From an uncultured Actinomycetes bacterium (GTDB taxonomy: Bacteria; Actinomycetota; Acidimicrobiia; IMCC26256; JACDBD01): DNA of 64,000 nt. Below the pieces are notes generated by a model. The model had not been told where the DNA came from and searched no databases. It saw nothing but the letters and a program-made list of their open reading frames with translations. Both the position numbers and the translations under genes were made by a program. Below are positions 59,219 through 64,000 of the stretch, piece by piece (position 1 is the first letter of the stretch; every line of letters begins with the position of its first letter). Location of the stretch: contig CAVYIP010000012.1 of NCBI GenBank assembly GCA_963768605.1, forward strand, positions 15,688 through 79,687, read 5' to 3'.

Positions 59219-60735
59219 CGCTCCGGCCCACGTACCGCCACCCGCGAGCGCGCGACTACCTGGCGCCGGGTGGACCCTGGGACATCCCGTCGCTCGACGC
59301 GATCGTGACCGACGCCGCGTCGCGTGCGGGAGGCGACCTCGTCGTCGACGACTCCGCCGGCGTCCGCCTCGACGGGCCCGCGCTCGAGGCTCGGGTGGCC
59401 GCCCTCGCGGGAGGCCTGCGCGCCGCCGGCGTCCGTCGGCGTGACGTGGTCGCGTGGCAGTCGCCGAACTGGTTCGAGGCCGTCCTGCTGTACCGGGCGT
59501 GCTGGCGGCTGGGCGCCATCGCGGCGCCGGTCCACCACCAGGCCGGTCCCGCCGACGTCGACCGCATGCTCGGCGACTGCTCGACGCTCGCCTGTGGCTG
59601 GCGCCCGACGATCTGCGCGGGCCGAGTGCGCGGCTCCCGAAGCTGCTCGAAGCGGGTGCGCCCGTCACCCGGTCGGCGGCGCGGCCGAGCGATCTCGCCG
59701 TCGCGCTCTTCACGTCGGGCTCGAGCGGCGCGCCGAAAGCGGCGCTGCACACCCAACGGGGACTCGCGTACAAGGCGCAGGTCATGATCCGCGCCCACGA
59801 GCTCGGTCCGGATGATTCGATCCTCATGCCGGCACCGCTCGCGCACGTCTCGGGGTTGCTCAACGCGGTGCTGATCCCGGGCGCGTTGCCGATGCGCGCC
59901 TCGCTGATGGCGAAGTGGAGCCCGGAGGAGGCGCTCGCCACCATCGAACGGGAGCGCATCACGTTCATGATCGGGCCGCCCACGTTCTTCGTCGGGCTCA
60001 TGTCCGCGCCCGGGTTCTCCCGGCAGCGGGTCGAGAGCCTCCGCCTGATCTCGAGCGGCGGCGCCGGCGTCACTGCCGCTTTCGTCGAGCAAGCCAGCGA
60101 CGCGTTCGGCGCCCGTGTGAAGCGCACGTACGGTTCGACCGAGGCACCTACCGTCACGACCAGCACGCCCCGCGACTCCGTCGAGCAGGCGCGCGACACC
60201 GACGGGCGGGTGACGGGCGCGGCAGAGCTGCGAGTGAGCGACCCGGACACGGGGCGCGCGCTGCCTGCGGGCGAGGCAGGTGAGCTGTGGCTGCGGGGCC
60301 CGGAGCTGTTCGTGGGCTACGCCGCCGCCGAGCAGACGCGCGCCGCGATCCGGCGGGGCTGGTTCCGCACCGGCGATCTCGCCACCGTCGACGACGACGG
60401 CTGGCTCACGATCGTCGGCCGCATGAAGGACGTCATCATCCGCGCCGGCGAGAACATCGCCGCCGCCGAGGTCGAAGGGATCCTCGAGGCCCATCCCGAC
60501 GTCCGCCAAGCCGCGGTCGTCGGCGAGCCCGATGCCCGCCTCGGAGAGCGCGTCTGCGCGTTCGTCGTCGCGTCGGCGCCGTTCGATCTCGCCGAGTGCC
60601 GAGCCTGGTTCGAGAAGCAGGGCGTGGCGGTGTTCAAGACGCCCGAGCGCGTCGTCCAGCTCGACGAGCTCCCCGTTCTCGCCGCCGGCAAGGCCGACCG
60701 CGCCGCGCTGAAACAGCGGGCGGCGGCCGTCTTAG
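59215..60735 (+). CDS. AMP-dependent acyl-CoA synthetase/ligase (FadD-like); one internal frameshift near 59576-59582 and an unresolved stop
   Basis: The GTG at 59215 overlaps the ACAD stop. LFTSGSSGAPKAA (AMP motif), YGSTEA, WFRTGDL, GRMKDVIIRAGENI. The frame has no stop at the convergent gene boundary. A TAG lies one base out of frame at 60733-60735. Confidence 0.85.
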
Positions 60736-61783
60736 CGCTTGCGCGTGAGCTGCCGGGGGTTCTCGACGTCGGAGGGGCGGCAGTTCTTGGGGGCATTGAC
60801 CGGGTCGCAGCCGGCCGGGGTACCGCCGGGGATCTGCACCACGTAGTCGGTCCCGATCGCCGGGACGGCCACCTCGAAGTCGGTACTCACGATCTGGGCG
60901 CCGCTGCGCAGCGCGATGTCACGCCGGGTCACGTCGTTGGCGCGCGCCTCGACGAGGTCGGCGTCGGCGCGGGTCCGCACGATGAAGCCCTGCTTGACCA
61001 GCGCCTGGATCCGGGCTTCGTCGGGGTCGTCGACCTTGATCACGGCGGCGGACGGCGCTCGTTCGTCGGCGGTCACGAACATCGGCCGCTTCTCGAGCGA
61101 CGGATGGCCCTGGCGGTACGCGTCGCGGATCGACGCCGCCCGTGTTGAGGATCACCATGATCTTGCCTCGGGTCTTGCCCAGCGTCGGCCAGCCGCGGCC
61201 GGTGACGGCGGCGCGCAGTGTCTTCGACTTGCCGCGCACGCTGTCCGGAGTGATGAGCTGGCGACCGAGCGATGCGGACGAACCGTCTTGTCGAGCTGGT
61301 CGAGCGCCGGCGGCGTCGAAACGTCGCAGCGTCGGATCGATGACGAAGTCGATGTCGTCGTTCTTCGGCTCGATGAGGATGAAGATCGGGACATGGCCGG
61401 GATGCGCCTTGGACCACGTGCGCGTGTCACCTGCAGGCACTGCGCGATCGGCGTGCAGTTGCTCGTGTTGTCGACGACGGGCGTGTGCAGCACCGGGAAC
61501 TGATCCGTCGGGCGGCGTTCACGACGTCGAGCTCGAAGCCGCGTACGCCCAGGTCGAGCTGCTGGTCGAGCGGCGCGTGCGTGTACTGCGTCGTCGGCGA
61601 CGACGCGATCGGCACGTCCTGTTGGATGTGGTAGCTGTTGTGCGTCGCCAGGACCTGCACCTGGTTCGTCCGCAGTGTGTCGTCGAGGCGGTTCGCGCCG
61701 GCACTCGACGCTCCACCCGAGACTGCCGCGATCACGACGGCCGCCGCGATCGACACGAACGCCGCTCGCTTCCCCCTGCGCAC
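60732..61783 (-). pseudogene. secreted PLC-like phosphodiesterase (Ca-dependent PI-PLC-like); about five frame breaks
   Basis: Signal peptide MRRGKRAAFVSIAAAVVIAAVSG. VLATHNSYH...GFELDVVNAA | PTDQFPVLHTPVVDNTSNC | TRTWSKAHPGHVPIFILIEPKNDD... | ALDQLDKTV | SASLGRQLITPDSVRG...ILNT | AASIRDAYRQGHPSLEKRPMFVTADE.... Breaks lie near 61510, 61440, 61308, 61275 and 61145. Confidence 0.7.
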
Positions 61784-61797
61784 CGGCCGGAATCCTG

Positions 61798-62877
61798 TCA
61801 GATGACGCTCCGGCCCGCCTCGACGCGCGGGCGGAGCAGGTCGGCCAGCCGTTGCCGGTGGAACGGGGCGTCACCGAAGCTCACCTGGTCGAGCTGGGCG
61901 CGCTTGAGGAACAGGTGCAGGTCGTGCTCCCACGTGAAGCCGATCCCGCCGTGCACCTGGAGGGCCGACGCCATCACGCGCTTCGACGCGTCGGAGCACC
62001 AGATCTTGGCCGTCGAGGCCGCGACCGAAGCATCCTCATGAGCGGCGCCGATGCACCACGCCGCCCAGTACGCGCTCGAGCGCATGCCTTCGACGTCGAC
62101 GAGCATGTCGGCGCACCGGTGCTTGACCGCTTGGAAGCTGCCGATCGGACGGCCGAACTGCACGCGGTCCTTCGCGTACTCCACCGCCATGTCCATCGCC
62201 CGCGACGCCCCGCCGAGCATCTCCGCCGACGTGAACGCGGCACCCCTGTCGAGCAGCGCGTCGACGTCTCCGGCGCCACCCAGCCGTTCGGCGGGCGCGT
62301 CGTCGAAGCGGAGCCAGCCGAGCTCGCGCGTGAGATCCATCGCAGGCTCCCGCCGCGGCCGGTCGCGCTCCCCCAGCTCGACCGCGTACAGCGCGGGACC
62401 GTCGTCGCTCTCGGCGACGACCACGGCGACGTCGGCGCTCGGCGCGAACGGCACCGGATCGCTCCGACCGGTGAGCCGGTCCCCCGCCGCGCGCACGTCG
62501 CCGCGACCCGCTCGACTCCAGGCGACGCAGCCGATCGCGTCGCCGCCGGCGAGCCGCTCGGCCCAGTCGTCTCGACCGGCTCGCGCCAGCGCGCCGAGCG
62601 CGAGCAACGTCGACAGGTACGGCGCGGGCGCGACGTGGCGTCCGATCTCCTCCACCAGCACCGCCACCTCGACGGCGCCGAGCCCGAGCCCGCCGCGGTC
62701 CTCCGGCACCTCGACCGCCGTCCACCCCTGCTCGACCATGGCCTTCCAAAGCCCGTCGTCGATCCCGCCGCCGGCGTCGACGACCGTCCGGACGCGCGTC
62801 GTGGGCGCCAAGCCGTCGAGCAGCTCGCGCGCGCCGTCACGCAGCGCGAGCTGGTCGTCCGACAGCTCGAAATCCAT
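61798..62877 (-). CDS. acyl-CoA dehydrogenase-family protein
   Basis: MDFELSDDQLALRDGARELL...VEYAKDRVQFGRPIGSFQAVKH...LQVHGGIGFTWEHD. The 359-aa frame is intact. Confidence 0.88.
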   Translation of the reverse strand: MDFELSDDQLALRDGARELLDGLAPTTRVRTVVDAGGGIDDGLWKAMVEQGWTAVEVPEDRGGLGLGAVEVAVLVEEIGRHVAPAPYLSTLLALGALARAGRDDWAERLAGGDAIGCVAWSRAGRGDVRAAGDRLTGRSDPVPFAPSADVAVVVAESDDGPALYAVELGERDRPRREPAMDLTRELGWLRFDDAPAERLGGAGDVDALLDRGAAFTSAEMLGGASRAMDMAVEYAKDRVQFGRPIGSFQAVKHRCADMLVDVEGMRSSAYWAAWCIGAAHEDASVAASTAKIWCSDASKRVMASALQVHGGIGFTWEHDLHLFLKRAQLDQVSFGDAPFHRQRLADLLRPRVEAGRSVI

Positions 62878-62937
62878 GCGTGACGGAGGCTACCGGGGCG
62901 GTCCCATCGTCGCCCGCCGGTCGATACGCTCGAAGGG

Positions 62938-64000
62938 ATGACGACGACGGCCGCGGCATCGGACACGAGCACCGGCACGGTCGACGCGCTCGTCGACCGC
63001 CTCCTCGAGGAGAACGATCCGGCCGACGCGATCGCGTTCCGCGGCGCGCAGTACGACCTGGGGCTCGCCTGGGTCTGGTTCCCGGTCGGGTTCGGCGGCC
63101 TCGGGCTCGCGCCCGATCTCCAACGAGGCGTCGAAGAGCGCATCCGCGCCGCCGGAGTGCGCGCCGACGCACTCGAGCGCAACGGATTCGGGATCTTCCT
63201 CGCCGCGCCGACGATCGCCGCTCACGCGGACGACGAGCTCAAGGCGCGCCTCCTGCGGCCGCTGTTCACCGGCGAGGAGCTGTGGTGCCAACTCTTCAGC
63301 GAGCCGGGCGCCGGGTCCGACCTGGCGGGCCTGTCGACGCGTGCCGTGCGCGACGGCGACGAGTGGGTGGTGGACGGGCAGAAGGTCTGGAACACGCTCG
63401 CGCACCGGGCGGATCGCGGGATGCTCGTCGCCCGCACCGATCCCGATGCGCCGAAGCATCGCGGCCTCACGTACTTCGCGCTCGACATGCACGCGCCGGG
63501 CGTCGACGTCCGGCCGTTGCGTCAGATCACGGGTGAAGCCGAGTTCAACGAGGTGTACCTCACGGGCGTGCGGGTACCCGACGCCGACCGCATCGGCGGC
63601 CTCGGCGACGGGTGGCGGGTGTCGCTCACAACGCTCATGAACGAGCGCGTGACGATCGGCGGCGCGGTCGCCGGCCGGAACTCCGGGCCGATCGGTGACG
63701 CGCTCGAGGTCTGGCGCGAGCATCCCGAGAGCCACGACCCCGTCCGGCGCGACCGGCTCGCCCGGCTCTGGATCGACGCCGAGGTGCTGCGCCTCACGAA
63801 CGCACGGGCGGCGGCCAACCGGAAGGCAGGCGCGGCGGGCCCCGAAGGCTCGGTCGCGAAGCTGGCGTTCGCCGAGACGAACCGAAGCATCTACGAGCTG
63901 TGCATGGACGTGCTCGGCGCCGACGGGCTCCTGTACCCGAGCTACGAGATGGTGCGGCCCGAAGAAGCCAGCCTCACGGGCGGCGGCGACCCCCGCAAGA
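62938..64000 (+). CDS. acyl-CoA dehydrogenase; 3' end outside the window (absent from the ORF track because it is open-ended)
   Basis: ATG at 62938 follows GAAGGG. My own translation reads MTTTAAASDTSTGTVDALVDRLLEEND...LWCQLFSEPGAGSDLAGLSTRAVRDGDEWVVDGQKVWNT...PKHRGLTYFALDM... with no stop to base 64000. It is a paralogue of the 14576..15859 gene. Confidence 0.88.
   Translation, partial: MTTTAAASDTSTGTVDALVDRLLEENDPADAIAFRGAQYDLGLAWVWFPVGFGGLGLAPDLQRGVEERIRAAGVRADALERNGFGIFLAAPTIAAHADDELKARLLRPLFTGEELWCQLFSEPGAGSDLAGLSTRAVRDGDEWVVDGQKVWNTLAHRADRGMLVARTDPDAPKHRGLTYFALDMHAPGVDVRPLRQITGEAEFNEVYLTGVRVPDADRIGGLGDGWRVSLTTLMNERVTIGGAVAGRNSGPIGDALEVWREHPESHDPVRRDRLARLWIDAEVLRLTNARAAANRKAGAAGPEGSVAKLAFAETNRSIYELCMDVLGADGLLYPSYEMVRPEEASLTGGGDPRK

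Noticed and set aside
57986-60250. 754-aa minus-strand ORF, and the 417-aa ORF 59256..60509
   Set aside because: They are antisense to the ACAD and FadD genes, whose motifs are unambiguous.

Overview
High-GC (about 70%) chromosomal segment that looks actinobacterial. Supporting gene content: MmpL transporter, F420/deazaflavin-type enzymes, an Rpf-like transglycosylase, a lipoprotein L,D-transpeptidase, and DUF35/thiolase/CoA-transferase/acyl-CoA dehydrogenase sets. I support about 65 protein genes. I found no rRNA, tRNA, CRISPR array, transposase or integrase. Most long ORFs in the six-frame track are Arg/Pro/Gly-rich antisense or read-through artefacts of the GC content. Genes were chosen by recognisable family motifs, GC3 bias, ATGA/GTGA/TTGA start-stop coupling and SD-like sequences. 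Content by region: an AbiEii/AbiEi type IV toxin-antitoxin pair between two EthD-like genes (3.7-5.6 kb); two sugar-modification modules (6.4-9.9 kb and 22.6-28.2 kb); lipid export and turnover genes (thioesterase, MmpL, patatin); a GAF histidine kinase with a NarL-type regulator; and several fatty-acid or steroid-like catabolic operons (38-42 kb, 54.8-64 kb). The second sugar module has Arn/PpgS-like logic around an unassigned polytopic membrane protein. Two window-wide observations stand out. (1) Roughly 40 single-base reading-frame breaks interrupt otherwise well-conserved genes, with hot spots at 55.6-56.9 kb and 60.9-61.5 kb. (2) A 16-bp palindrome, YTGAC-N6-GTCAR, sits at the start of four different catabolic operons. 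All family calls come from reading the translations. No database search was run.
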